A DNA stretch of 64,000 nt from an uncultured delta proteobacterium (GCA_963767925.1 CAVYGB010000009.1:96001-160000), one strand, 5' to 3'; shown: positions 19,103 through 28,718, numbered from the stretch's first letter. Notes: generated from the sequence alone by a model not told the origin. A program made the numbers and translations.

Positions 19103-22100
19103 TTGGCTATATTGCCGCCCGTGAACGCGGCCACCGGGGGCACGCCGAACGATCCCACGAGAGCCTTCTGGGAGCGCGCTCGGCTGGAGGCGGATCGATA
19201 TGGTCCCGATCCCTGGATCTTCGTCCGCGAGCTGCTGCAGAACGCGCGCGACGCCGGCGCGGACGAGGTGCGGTTTCACGTCTTCGATCGCGAGGGCCCC
19301 GACGCCACCGTGATCTGCCAGGACAACGGCGAGGGCATGACCTTCGATCACGCCCGCCGCTTCCTGTTCGCCCTCTACGCCTCCAGCAAGGAGGGCAAGA
19401 AGAACCAGGCGGGCAAGTTCGGGGTGGGCTTCTGGTCGGTGCTGCGCTTCGAGCCGCTCGGCATCATCATCCGCTCGCGGCCGCGCGAGGGTGAAGCCTG
19501 GGGCGTCTCGATCGACGGCACCCTCGAGCAGGTGGTCCCGGTCGATCCGCCCGCCCACGTCGGCACCGAGGTCATCTTGCGCCGGGCCCGGCGCGAGGGG
19601 CGCGACTCGCGCCTCGAGCACCGGATCTACGATGCCGTCTGGCAGAGCGCGCGGTACTTGAGCCAGCGCGACAACCCGCTCGAGCCGCTCGGCATCGCCG
19701 TCAACGGCCGTCCGGCCAACGCGCCCTTCGAGCTCGACGCCCCCAGCGCCAGCTTCCAGCGGGGGCCGCTGCGGGGCGTGGTCGGCCTGGGGGCCGCCCC
19801 CCGGGTCGAGCTGTTCAGCCGGGGGCTGCGGGTGCGCTCGGCCGCCTGTCTCGAGGACCTGCTGTCGTCGGCCGGTCGCCACACGAGCTGGATGCGGGTC
19901 CAGTTCACCGAGCTGTCGGGCGGCCTGGCCCCCCAGGCGCTGCTGGAGAGCCCGGCCCTCGAGGTGATGTTGTCCCGCTCGGACGCCCGCGAGACCCGCG
20001 GCCTGCGCCGGCTGGTGCGGCTGGCTCAGCGCGAGCTGGAGCGGTTGATGGAGCGCCAGCTCGCGGCGGCCCGCCCGATGCCCTGGCGCAGCCGCGCCCT
20101 GAGCTGGGTGCAAGAGCGGCTGCGGGCCCTGTCCCGGCTGAGTCGCGCCGACGCCGCCGTGGTGGCCGCCGCCGCCCTGGTCGCCATCGGCATGATCTGG
20201 CGGGGCAGCACCGCCTCCAGCGACGAGCTCGCGCCCGCCGCGCCGAGCGCGTCGGCGCCCGCGCAGGTGGCGGCGGCGTCGTCCCCGGCGCCGGCGGCGC
20301 GTCCCCCCGGCCGCCCTTACCAGGATCTCGGCAGCCGCTACCGGGGCCCCAGCGTCGACGGCCTCGCCGCCGACGAGGTCGAGGCCATCGGGCTGCGCTA
20401 CCGCCCCGGCGACCGGCCCCAGCACTTCGCCGCCCTGACCTTCTCGCGGCTGGGCCCCGACGGCTCCCCGATCCAGGAGGCGGTGCCCCGTCCGGTCGCC
20501 AGCTACGCCCCCGCCGCCACCTGTCCGCCCGGGCGTTGCCTGCAGCTCGAGCTGCCCCTGCGCACGCCGACCCGGGCGGTGCGCGTCCCGGTCCCCACCG
20601 GGCACCGGGTGGTGGGGGCCAGCGTGACCATGGAGGGGCAGCAGGCGCCCCGGCTGCGCGCCTCCGCCGACGGCCGCCCCATCGTGGTGCTGGTCAGCCC
20701 GGGTGAGGGCCTGCTCCGCTACCGCACGGTGCTGGCCAGCGATCCGAACCTGGCCCCGGTGCCCAACCCGCCCGAGCTGCCGGCGCGGCTCGGCCGGCGC
20801 GCTCGCCAGCTCCGCCTGCAGCCGGTCGCCCGCCGGGTCGCGGTGCTGCTGGAGCTGGTGCGCCGGCGCGTGGCCTACGACGACTCGCCCACCACCGCCC
20901 GCCAGCACCGCGAGGCGGTGGCCCGGAGGCAGGGCTTCATCAATCGCACGCTGGCCATCGGCGCGGGCGACTGCGACGTGCAGAACGGCCTGCTCACCGC
21001 CCTCCTGCACGCGGCCGGCGTGCCGGCCCGGCTGGCGGTGGGCTACCTCGGCGATCGGGGCAGCGTCCTGCCCTGGGTCCACGCCTGGGTAGAGTACTTC
21101 GACGAGGGCGGGCGCTGGCAGATCCTCGACGCCAGCGAGACCTCGGCCGGCCAGGCCCGGGTGGCCCGTTCGGGCGGGCCCAGCCTCGACGATCCGGTGG
21201 AGGCCTTCGCGGTGGCCGACGCGGCCTCGGCGTCGGCGCCGGCGGGCGCGGCTGCCCCCACCGCGGCGGTCTTGCCCGCGCCGGTGTTGCCGACGGCGGC
21301 CGGGCGCGCGCCGGGTCCGGTGGCGCGCCCCCAGCCCGGGGTTCGCCCGCCGCCGGTCGAGTCGAGCGGCTGGTCGGGCGCCCTGCTCGGGGCGGCCTTG
21401 CCCCTGCTGCTCCTGCTCGGGGGCGGCTACCTGTTCCGGGCGCGCACCCGCCACGCCTTCAAGCTCGACGGGGTCGTCGATCTCGGCAAGCTGATCCAGG
21501 GGGTCCTGCAGCAGCCGGGCGCCTTCGGCCACATCCACGCCGTGTTCTACCGGCCCATCGTGCCCCTGGCCGACGGCCGGGCGGTCAGCCTGAGCCGGGC
21601 GCGCGAGCTGGCCAGCCGGGGGCGCCTGTTCTCCACCCGCCTGCGGCCCGAGCTGGCCCGCACCGCGCTGGCCGCCGGGGCGGCGGTGGTGGACTACGTG
21701 CTCGAGGAGGGCAAGACGGTGGCCGACGCCCTCGGCGCGATCGACCTCGACCAGTGGTCGAAGATGATCGCCATCGCCGCCGACGAGCCGCTGCTCGACG
21801 AGGTCAACCGCCTGCTGCGCAGCGAGGGGGAGGACTGGATGGTCCGCTCGGGCACCGAGGTGAAGGCCGGCGTCGCCGCCCTCGACCTGCGGCCGCTCGG
21901 CGCCCGCCTGCCGGGCGTGAAGGGCACCCGCCTCGTGCTGATCGACAACCAGGCGCCCTGGCTGGACGAGGCCCGCCGCTACTTCGAGAGCCGGCCCCAG
22001 GCCGCCACCTTCATGGTGCTCGACCAGCTCGCCCTGCGCCTCAACCTGCCCCGGCGGCGGCGGGGGCAGATCCTCGGCGAGTCGGCCCGCCAGGCCATCC

Positions 22101-22120
22101 TCGAGTCGTTCGCCACCTGA
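19103..22120 (+). CDS. Hsp90/GHKL-type ATPase fused to a membrane-flanked transglutaminase-like (Cys-His-Asp) domain
   Basis: N-terminal RELLQNARDAG, DNGEGMT, GKFGVGF, GTEV; TM1 AAVVAAAALVAIGMIW; GDCDV (Cys 20972), HAWVE (His 21080), WQILD (Asp 21128); TM2 ALLGAALPLLLLLGGGYLF. Confidence 0.85.
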   Translation: MAILPPVNAATGGTPNDPTRAFWERARLEADRYGPDPWIFVRELLQNARDAGADEVRFHVFDREGPDATVICQDNGEGMTFDHARRFLFALYASSKEGKKNQAGKFGVGFWSVLRFEPLGIIIRSRPREGEAWGVSIDGTLEQVVPVDPPAHVGTEVILRRARREGRDSRLEHRIYDAVWQSARYLSQRDNPLEPLGIAVNGRPANAPFELDAPSASFQRGPLRGVVGLGAAPRVELFSRGLRVRSAACLEDLLSSAGRHTSWMRVQFTELSGGLAPQALLESPALEVMLSRSDARETRGLRRLVRLAQRELERLMERQLAAARPMPWRSRALSWVQERLRALSRLSRADAAVVAAAALVAIGMIWRGSTASSDELAPAAPSASAPAQVAAASSPAPAARPPGRPYQDLGSRYRGPSVDGLAADEVEAIGLRYRPGDRPQHFAALTFSRLGPDGSPIQEAVPRPVASYAPAATCPPGRCLQLELPLRTPTRAVRVPVPTGHRVVGASVTMEGQQAPRLRASADGRPIVVLVSPGEGLLRYRTVLASDPNLAPVPNPPELPARLGRRARQLRLQPVARRVAVLLELVRRRVAYDDSPTTARQHREAVARRQGFINRTLAIGAGDCDVQNGLLTALLHAAGVPARLAVGYLGDRGSVLPWVHAWVEYFDEGGRWQILDASETSAGQARVARSGGPSLDDPVEAFAVADAASASAPAGAAAPTAAVLPAPVLPTAAGRAPGPVARPQPGVRPPPVESSGWSGALLGAALPLLLLLGGGYLFRARTRHAFKLDGVVDLGKLIQGVLQQPGAFGHIHAVFYRPIVPLADGRAVSLSRARELASRGRLFSTRLRPELARTALAAGAAVVDYVLEEGKTVADALGAIDLDQWSKMIAIAADEPLLDEVNRLLRSEGEDWMVRSGTEVKAGVAALDLRPLGARLPGVKGTRLVLIDNQAPWLDEARRYFESRPQAATFMVLDQLALRLNLPRRRRGQILGESARQAILESFAT

Positions 22121-22128
22121 CCCCGCAC

Positions 22129-23691
22129 ATGCCCGCCCCCCGCCCGGCCCCGCCCGGCCTCGACATCCAGGGCCTGCTGACCATCGACGTGGCGGCGGAG
22201 CTGCGCAAGCTGTCGCTGGCCCAGCTCCAGGGGCCCTGGCAGCTCCCGGCCGAGCTGGTCCGGCGGGCCATCCGCACGGGGGCCACCCAGATCGGCGTCT
22301 CGTTCACGCGCGACCGGGTGGTGATCTCCGACGACGGCCCGGGGCTCGATCCGTCCCTCGTGCAGTGGACCGCCATCGTCGTCGACCGCAAGCGGTCCGC
22401 CGAGGAGCGCCACCTGGCCCTCACGACGCTGGAGCGGGCCGGCGAGCTCGGCCTGCTGGCCCTGGCCGGCCTCGAGCCGCTGCGCGAGGTGGCCATCCAC
22501 ACCATCTTCGGCAACCAGCACCACGTGCTGGCCTACCAGGCGGGCCAGCCGGCCAGCGTGGAGGTGGGGCGGGCCACCCGCGCGGCGGGGACCCAGATCA
22601 TCGTGCGGGCCGGGGGCCTCGATCGCCGGCGGGCGGCGCGCTGGATCGCGGATGTGGCCCGCTTCGCGCCCGTCGCGGTGGTGGTGGACGGGCGGGCGAT
22701 CCCCGACGGCATGGCGGACAGCCTGCTGCAGGCTCCCCTGCAGGCCCCCCTGCGGGGCCGGCTCGCGCTGCTGCTCGAAGGGGACACCGCCCACGCTTGC
22801 TTGCTGGCCAACGGCCTGGTGAGCGCCCACCTCAGCATCCCCGACGCGCCCTGCTTCGAGGCGGCGGTGGAGCTGGCCAGCGTCCAGGGCGAGCTCAGCC
22901 CGGCCCGGCTGCGCGACGCCATCGCCCGCAACCTGCCCGCGCTGATCGATCAGGCCGTCGCGCTGATCGTCGCCGGCGCGGCCCAGGCGGCCGACTGGCC
23001 CCACGCCCGGCGGGCCCGCCTGGCCCACCTGACCTTGCAGGCCGCCCGGCGCAAGCTCCGCCCCGAGGAGATCGAGCGGGCGGCGGTGTTCCAGCAGGTG
23101 GGGACCGGCGGCCCCGCGCTGGTCGACCTGGCCACCCTGCGGCGGGCGGCCACCACCGGCCCGGGCGGGCCCGGGACCCTGCTGGCGCTCGACCCGGGCG
23201 AGCGCCCCGAGCGCTACGCGGTCGGCCTCGACCCGGTGCTGATCGCCGACGACGCCGAGCGGAGCCTGCTGGCCGAGGTGCTGGGCGTCCGCTTCCGCAC
23301 CCCCAACCGGCAGGAGGCGGCCCACACCCCGCGCGCGCTGGTCCGCCGCCTGCTGCGCGGGGGGCGCCGCCTGCTGGCCCAGGGCCTCGGCCTGTTGCTG
23401 CACCCCTCGCGGCGCCCGGCGCTGCCCGACCACGTCCTCAGCGCGCGCGAGCGCGCCTTCCTCACGGCGCTGCGCGAGCACCTGCGCGACAACCCGGTGC
23501 CCGGGGTCGAGGCGGTGGCCCTGTGCCCGGGCGGCGGCCCGCTCCGCCGCCCCCACGGCACGCCTCCGCTGCTGCACCTGCCCCGGGACAACGCCACCGT
23601 GTCAGCTTGCCTGCGGGCCTTCAGCAGCGATCCGCGCTGGGTGCGCCTCATCCACCTGGCGCTCACCGGCGCCGTCGGGCGCAGCGGCTGA
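22129..23691 (+). CDS. Degenerate GHKL/Hsp90-like protein, probable paralogue of the upstream gene
   Basis: ELVRRA replaces ExxxNA; ISDDGPG and GTQI are retained; no GxxGxG lid motif; ATG is 8 bp after the upstream stop. Confidence 0.7.
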   Translation: MPAPRPAPPGLDIQGLLTIDVAAELRKLSLAQLQGPWQLPAELVRRAIRTGATQIGVSFTRDRVVISDDGPGLDPSLVQWTAIVVDRKRSAEERHLALTTLERAGELGLLALAGLEPLREVAIHTIFGNQHHVLAYQAGQPASVEVGRATRAAGTQIIVRAGGLDRRRAARWIADVARFAPVAVVVDGRAIPDGMADSLLQAPLQAPLRGRLALLLEGDTAHACLLANGLVSAHLSIPDAPCFEAAVELASVQGELSPARLRDAIARNLPALIDQAVALIVAGAAQAADWPHARRARLAHLTLQAARRKLRPEEIERAAVFQQVGTGGPALVDLATLRRAATTGPGGPGTLLALDPGERPERYAVGLDPVLIADDAERSLLAEVLGVRFRTPNRQEAAHTPRALVRRLLRGGRRLLAQGLGLLLHPSRRPALPDHVLSARERAFLTALREHLRDNPVPGVEAVALCPGGGPLRRPHGTPPLLHLPRDNATVSACLRAFSSDPRWVRLIHLALTGAVGRSG

Positions 23692-23701
23692 GCCGCCCGC
23701 G

Positions 23702-24247
23702 CTACTCGAGCTCGTTGACGACGGTGGCGGCGGTGCTGCCGCTGACCTCGCCTACGATCTCGCCGGCCGCGTTGACCGAGCCGTGCCGGGAGTAGGTGGC
23801 CCGGATGTCGTCGCAGTCGAGGTCGCCGGTGGCGCCGGCGGTGAACTCCGCCGTGGCGTTGGTGCCGGCCGACTGATAGCTGGGATAGTAGTTGTAGGGC
23901 TCGGGGATGGTGAACTGGAGGGCCTGCCAGGTCGGGCTGTTGTAGCGGGCGTCGTTGCCCTGGCACTTGGCGGCGGTGCCCGAGCAGCAGTCGACGGTGC
24001 CCAGGACCCCGTCCGGGTCGGGGAACTGCTTGGCGCTGGTGCCGGAGCCCTGGTCGCCCTCGAAATAGGCCACCGAGCTCTGCCACATCTTGTTCAGATG
24101 GGAGGCCGCCTCGGCGGTGCGGGACTTCTTCACGTAGCGAGAGAAGGCGGGCAGGGCGACCGAGGCCAGGACGCCGATGATCGCGACGACGATCATCAGC
24201 TCCACGAGTGTGAACCCCGCGCTTACCCGACGTGCCGTTCTTGCCAT
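23702..24247 (-). CDS. pilA: Type IVa pilin (PilA-like)
   Basis: Class III signal G|FTLVELMIVVAIIGVLASVALP, KSRTAEA, W.ALQF, ATGDLDCDD. Confidence 0.88.
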   Translation of the reverse strand: MARTARRVSAGFTLVELMIVVAIIGVLASVALPAFSRYVKKSRTAEAASHLNKMWQSSVAYFEGDQGSGTSAKQFPDPDGVLGTVDCCSGTAAKCQGNDARYNSPTWQALQFTIPEPYNYYPSYQSAGTNATAEFTAGATGDLDCDDIRATYSRHGSVNAAGEIVGEVSGSTAATVVNELE

Positions 24248-24304
24248 GTTTCCCCCGCCGTCACGCCGGACCCCGCGGACCCAGCGTTTTCGAAGGTATC
24301 ACCT

Positions 24305-24320
24305 TGCAGAACGGGTACCA
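24305..24320 (-). promoter_or_regulatory. Putative sigma54 promoter of the pilin gene
   Basis: Minus strand TGGTAC-CCGTT-CTGCA, ~60 bp upstream of the ATG; pilA promoters are typically sigma54-dependent. Confidence 0.55.
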
Positions 24321-24461
24321 GTCGCCCGGCGCGCGTCAGCGCCGACCCCGGGGCCGGGCGCGGCGTGCGGGCTGCAAAAGGTCACTTTTCTGGGACCCTT
24401 TTCGTCAGCTCGGCGCCCGGTGTCTGGCGACCGCCCACAGGGGGGCAGGCGGTCGCCCCTC

Positions 24462-24887
24462 TCACGGGGTGTCCCACTTCTGGAAGGCGATGGGCGCCTG
24501 CGCGAAGTCGCACATCTCGTCGGGCTGGTTGTCTCCGCTCATGGTGAGGGTGCCGTTGATGGTGATGCCGCTGAGCTGGCCGATGACGTCGACCACCGTG
24601 AGGCTCGAGCGCCGGCCGGTGCCGTGGGCCGCCAGCGTGACCAGGCCGTCCACCACCGTCCCCGCCAGGGGCCCGTTCTCGAGACAGGCGAGCCGGCCGC
24701 TGCTCAGCGCGCCCTGCAGGTGGGTGGTGCCGCCCTCGACAACCTGGCTGCTGACCTGCAAGGAGAGGGCGATGCCGGCGGTCTCGCCCCGCCAGGTCCC
24801 CACGAAAAATCCGGGCTCGTCGCCGCCGCCGCAGGCGACGAGCAGCAAACCGGGGACCGCGGCCAGAAGTATCGCGCTTCGTCTCAT
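24462..24887 (-). CDS. Hypothetical lipoprotein
   Basis: GGAGG RBS, MRRSAILL...LLLVAC lipobox, beta-rich body (FVGTWRG). Confidence 0.75.
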   Translation of the reverse strand: MRRSAILLAAVPGLLLVACGGGDEPGFFVGTWRGETAGIALSLQVSSQVVEGGTTHLQGALSSGRLACLENGPLAGTVVDGLVTLAAHGTGRRSSLTVVDVIGQLSGITINGTLTMSGDNQPDEMCDFAQAPIAFQKWDTP

Positions 24888-24954
24888 GGTGAACCTCCGG
24901 GGGGCCTTCGTGCCTCTGCGACAGCTCCCGGCTGTCTACCTGACTCTGTCTACC

Positions 24955-26034
24955 TCAATTGGCGGTGATGGTGAAGTCGGCGCTCGACCCCAGGAAGGCC
25001 CCGTAGCGCGCCACCGCCGCGGCGATCGCCGGGCGCAGGTGGGCTCCGGCGGGCGCAAACAGGCGCACCGTCACCGCCACCGAGGTGCGGCCCAGGGCGC
25101 GGCGCCAGGTGCCGATGACCCGCCCGTCCTGCACCACCGTGGGGGCGATCATGCCGCCGCCGGCGTTGAGGCGCTTGCTGTATTCGGGGTCGAGGACGTC
25201 GCCGCGGGTCCGGTAAGCGATCAGGTATTCGTCGAAGGCGGGCAGCAGATGCAGGCCGGGGGCCGGGCGGGTGGCGGCGGCCTCGCGCGCGTGCCAGTAG
25301 GTGCGGCCCGCCACGACCCGGCTGGTCAGGGAGCGCTCGATGGCGGCGTGGGCGGCGCGGGCGGGGGCGGCCGGCAGCCCCGACCACCAGCGGAAGTCGT
25401 CGAGGGTGGCGGGCCCCCGGCTGCGGAAGTAACGCCGGGCCAGCTCGGCCCGGGCCTCGTCCCCGGCGAAGGTGGCGCCGCGGCCGGGCGCCCGCTGCTC
25501 GAGCAGGGCGTAGGTGGCCTGCTTGCCCCGGGGGATGCCGCCGCAGATCAACCCGGCCAGCTCGGCGTGGCCCAGCAGGTGGGCCAGCCGCTGGCCGGTG
25601 GGCGCGATCCCGCCGCGGGTCAGGGCGGCGCCCAGCTCGGCGCGCGTGAGGTGGGCGCCGTCGGACAGGGCCCGGGTCAGCGTTGCCCGCCCCTTGCGCA
25701 AGGTGGTCCGGTCCAGGCCGAGCTGGGCGTAACGGCCGCCGAAGCTGGCGTCGAGGCCGGGGCCCACCAGCGCGAGGATCCAGCGGACGTCGGCGGCCGC
25801 CACGAGCTGCCAGGTCCCGCGCAGAGCGTGCAGCCGCACGATCTCCCCCTCGGCCAGGCTGCGCGCGATGTCGGCGTCCCGCAGGGGGCGGCCAGCCAGG
25901 CGGAGGGCCACCGCCCAGAGGCAGGCGGCGGGGTCCTGGGCCTGCACCGCCCCCAGCCAGCTCACCAGGTCGGCGGGGCGGCGGAAGCGGTGGGCGGCGA
26001 TCTGCTGGGCGCGCAGCCGCCCGGCGGCGATCAC
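24955..26034 (-). CDS. AlkZ-like (HTH_42) winged-helix DNA glycosylase family protein
   Basis: GAVQAQD, LRGTWQLV, RYFRSRGPATLDDFRWWSGL, LLPAFDEYLIAY, DGRVIGTWRR; GTG start overlaps the upstream TGA (GTGA). Confidence 0.9.
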   Translation of the reverse strand: MIAAGRLRAQQIAAHRFRRPADLVSWLGAVQAQDPAACLWAVALRLAGRPLRDADIARSLAEGEIVRLHALRGTWQLVAAADVRWILALVGPGLDASFGGRYAQLGLDRTTLRKGRATLTRALSDGAHLTRAELGAALTRGGIAPTGQRLAHLLGHAELAGLICGGIPRGKQATYALLEQRAPGRGATFAGDEARAELARRYFRSRGPATLDDFRWWSGLPAAPARAAHAAIERSLTSRVVAGRTYWHAREAAATRPAPGLHLLPAFDEYLIAYRTRGDVLDPEYSKRLNAGGGMIAPTVVQDGRVIGTWRRALGRTSVAVTVRLFAPAGAHLRPAIAAAVARYGAFLGSSADFTITAN

Positions 26035-28718
26035 GCCGGCGTCACCGTGCCGGCCGAGCCGTCGACGGTGATGGCCTGCCCGGTGCGCAGGTGGCTGGTG
26101 GCGTCCGGCACGCCGACCACCGCGGGGATGCCGTATTCCCGGGCCACCACCGCGCCGTGCGAGTTGGCGCCCCCCATCTCCATGACCAGCCCCCCGGCGG
26201 TGAGGAACAGGGGCGTCCAGCCCGGATCGGTCGAGGGGGCCACCAGGATCTCGCCCGGCTCGAGGCGGGCGCCCACCGGGTCGAGCACGACGCGCGCGCC
26301 GGCGGTGACGCTGCCCGCAGAGGCGGCCGTCCCCACCAGCACGCCCTCCGCGGTCGCCCCCCGCACCAGCGACAGCGCCTCCGGCTCGGTGCCGTCGGAG
26401 AGCAAGACCCGGGGCACGTGGCGGCGGCGCAGCTCCTGATGGTAGGCCTGGCGGCGGGCGCTGACCCGGGCCCGCAGGTCCTCGCCCGCCAGGCCGTCGC
26501 GGGCCTCCTGCAGATCGAGGAAGAAGACGTCGCCGGGCGCGGCGAGGCGGCCGTCGGCGGCGAGGGTGGCGCCGACCGCGGCCAGGTGCTGGCGGACCGC
26601 GGAGAGCGCGACAACCATGAGGTACTTCGGCAGCTCGCGCAGCCCGCCCAGGCGGCGGGCCCGATCGAGGGCCAGGCCCACCACGGCGCCGCGCAGCCAG
26701 CCGCGGGCCCGGGCCCGGGCGGTGAGGCGGGCGAGCATCGCCTCTGCCTCGGCGGTGCCCCGGGCGAACTGGGCGTCGGGCGCGGCGGCGCTGTCCGCCT
26801 CGAGCCGCAGGTAGTTGGCGATCACGCCGAGGACGTGTTCGGGCTCTTCGGCCCAGCGGGGCAGGCCCACGTCGATCTCGGCCACCGCCCGGTGGCCCCA
26901 CTGCGCGAGGAAGACCGCCACCGCCGTCTGCACCGGGGGCGGCAAGGCCCCCGCCCGGTAGCGCCGGGCCAGCTCCGTGGCCGGCAGATCCCGGAACAGC
27001 TCCGCCCCGTCGCTGCGGATGCGGGTCGAGAGGTCCCACAGCGCCAGGTCCATCTCGGTGGTGATGTTGTTGGGCAGCCCACGCAGGACGACCTGGAGCT
27101 CGCCCGGCTCGAGGTCGGCCGCCAGCAGCTTGCGGGCCAGGGCCAGCAGGGCGAAGCCGGCGCCGCCCAGGGGCGCGATGGTCGGCAGCAGCGGGATCAC
27201 GTCCTCGTGCAACACCCGCTGGACGTGGTCGAGCCGCTCGCCGTCGCTGGCCGTCCCGGGCAGGGCCAGGCGGGCGCGCAGCCGATCGCCGAGGGCGGCC
27301 ATCCGGCGCAGGGCCGCCGCCGGGCGGAAGATCGCCCCCAGGAACCGCAGGGGCAGCCGGAACTTCGCGGCGATGGCCAGGGCCCGCCGGATCACCGGCC
27401 AGCGGCCGTGGATCAGGGAGAGGCGGGGATCGCCCATCAGGTTGGTGAACACCACCGCCGAGCGGGCCTCCATCACGCCGAGCACGCGGGGCGCGAGGTT
27501 GCGGCCGATGGGGCTGCGCAGCGCCGGCGTCATGTCGATGAACACGCGCTGGCCCACCTCGCGGTAGTGGGAGGGGCCGGCCAGCGGCTCGGCCACCGTG
27601 TAGCCGAACAGCCGCCCCACCGCGGAGGCGAGCAGCCGGAACGCCGCCAGGCCCATCGGCGTGATGGGGCGGTTGAGCCCCTGGGCCACCGAGAAGCAGA
27701 AGTACACCCGCAGGTCGCCGTCGGAGTTGGTCCCGGGCGGCTGCGGATACAGGGTGGTGATGGGCCGGGCCTGGGTGAGCCAGAGCTTGCCCGCGCCGTC
27801 GATGGCCCATTCGATGTCCTGGGGGGCGTCGTAGTGGGCCTGCACCTCGTCGCCGAGGGCGGCCAGGGCCGCGACCTGCCGGTCGGTGAGGCAGGCCCGG
27901 TCGGCGCCCGGGGCGAGCTTCACGGGTTCGGTGCCGCCGCCGGCGGTGGCCCGGATGGCCAGGCGCTTGTCGCCGAGGCGCCGCTCGAGGATGGCGCCGC
28001 TGGCGGTGTCGACCACGAAGTGGTCGGGGTTGACGGCGCCCGAGACCACCGCCTCGCCGAGGCCGGGGCTGGCGTCGATCACCGCCTGGTTCCGCTTGCC
28101 CGTCACCGGGTTGGCGGTGAACAGCACCCCCGCCACCTGGGCGTCGACCATCCGCTGCACCACCACCGACAGGTGGACCTGGCGGTTGTCGATGCCGTTG
28201 ACCGCGCGGTAGGCCACCGCCCGGTCGGTCCACAGCGAGGCCCAGCAGCGGCGGATGGCGTCGCGCACGGCGGCCACCCCGACGACGTTGAGGTAGGTGT
28301 CCTGCTGTCCGGCGAAGCTGGCCGAGGGGAGGTCCTCCGCGGTGGCCGAAGAGCGCACCGCCACCGGCAGGTCGGTGCCGAGCCGCGCATAGGCCTGGGC
28401 CACCGCCTCGTCGATCGCCGCCGGCACCGGCGCGCCCAGCATCCGCTCGCGGGCCTGTCCGGCCAGCGCGGCCAGGGCCGGCAGCTCCCCCGCGCCGGTA
28501 CGGGCCAGCGTCGCCAGCACCTCCTCCAGTCCGGCGCCCGCCGCCACCGCGCGGTAGGCCTCTGTGGTGAGGCAGAAGCCGGGCGGCACCGGCAGCCCGG
28601 CCCGGGTCAGCTCGCCGAGGTTCGCCCCCTTGCCTCCGACGAGGGCGAGCGAGCCGGAGCCCACCTGGGCAAAGTCCGCGACGAGTGGCGCGCGCCCGGC
28701 GGCGTGGCTGGTAGACAT
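26031..28718 (-). CDS. PEP-utilising dikinase of rifampicin-phosphotransferase (RPH)-like architecture
   Basis: N-terminal ATP-grasp (VGGKGANLGEL, AVRSSATAEDL, DIEWA, QARPITT), central helical domain, C-terminal swivel His domain (TDPGWTPLF, SHGAVVAREYGIPAV). Confidence 0.88.
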   Translation of the reverse strand: MSTSHAAGRAPLVADFAQVGSGSLALVGGKGANLGELTRAGLPVPPGFCLTTEAYRAVAAGAGLEEVLATLARTGAGELPALAALAGQARERMLGAPVPAAIDEAVAQAYARLGTDLPVAVRSSATAEDLPSASFAGQQDTYLNVVGVAAVRDAIRRCWASLWTDRAVAYRAVNGIDNRQVHLSVVVQRMVDAQVAGVLFTANPVTGKRNQAVIDASPGLGEAVVSGAVNPDHFVVDTASGAILERRLGDKRLAIRATAGGGTEPVKLAPGADRACLTDRQVAALAALGDEVQAHYDAPQDIEWAIDGAGKLWLTQARPITTLYPQPPGTNSDGDLRVYFCFSVAQGLNRPITPMGLAAFRLLASAVGRLFGYTVAEPLAGPSHYREVGQRVFIDMTPALRSPIGRNLAPRVLGVMEARSAVVFTNLMGDPRLSLIHGRWPVIRRALAIAAKFRLPLRFLGAIFRPAAALRRMAALGDRLRARLALPGTASDGERLDHVQRVLHEDVIPLLPTIAPLGGAGFALLALARKLLAADLEPGELQVVLRGLPNNITTEMDLALWDLSTRIRSDGAELFRDLPATELARRYRAGALPPPVQTAVAVFLAQWGHRAVAEIDVGLPRWAEEPEHVLGVIANYLRLEADSAAAPDAQFARGTAEAEAMLARLTARARARGWLRGAVVGLALDRARRLGGLRELPKYLMVVALSAVRQHLAAVGATLAADGRLAAPGDVFFLDLQEARDGLAGEDLRARVSARRQAYHQELRRRHVPRVLLSDGTEPEALSLVRGATAEGVLVGTAASAGSVTAGARVVLDPVGARLEPGEILVAPSTDPGWTPLFLTAGGLVMEMGGANSHGAVVAREYGIPAVVGVPDATSHLRTGQAITVDGSAGTVTPA

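Noticed and set aside
7028..21538. Very long alternative ORFs (e.g. 7028..10630 +, 17447..21538 -)
   Set aside because: Shadow ORFs typical of high-GC DNA, overlapping genes that have clear motifs.
24955..28233. Apparent giant proteins in the ORF track (24955..28233, 41789..44743, 46344..49010, 57434..60136, 61569..63902)
   Set aside because: The N-terminal extensions are off-frame overlaps of neighbouring genes; the true starts are internal, often at coupled stop/start overlaps.
26031..28718. Phosphoenolpyruvate synthase (ppsA)
   Set aside because: The His swivel domain is C-terminal and there is no pyruvate-binding TIM barrel, so the domain order is RPH-like.
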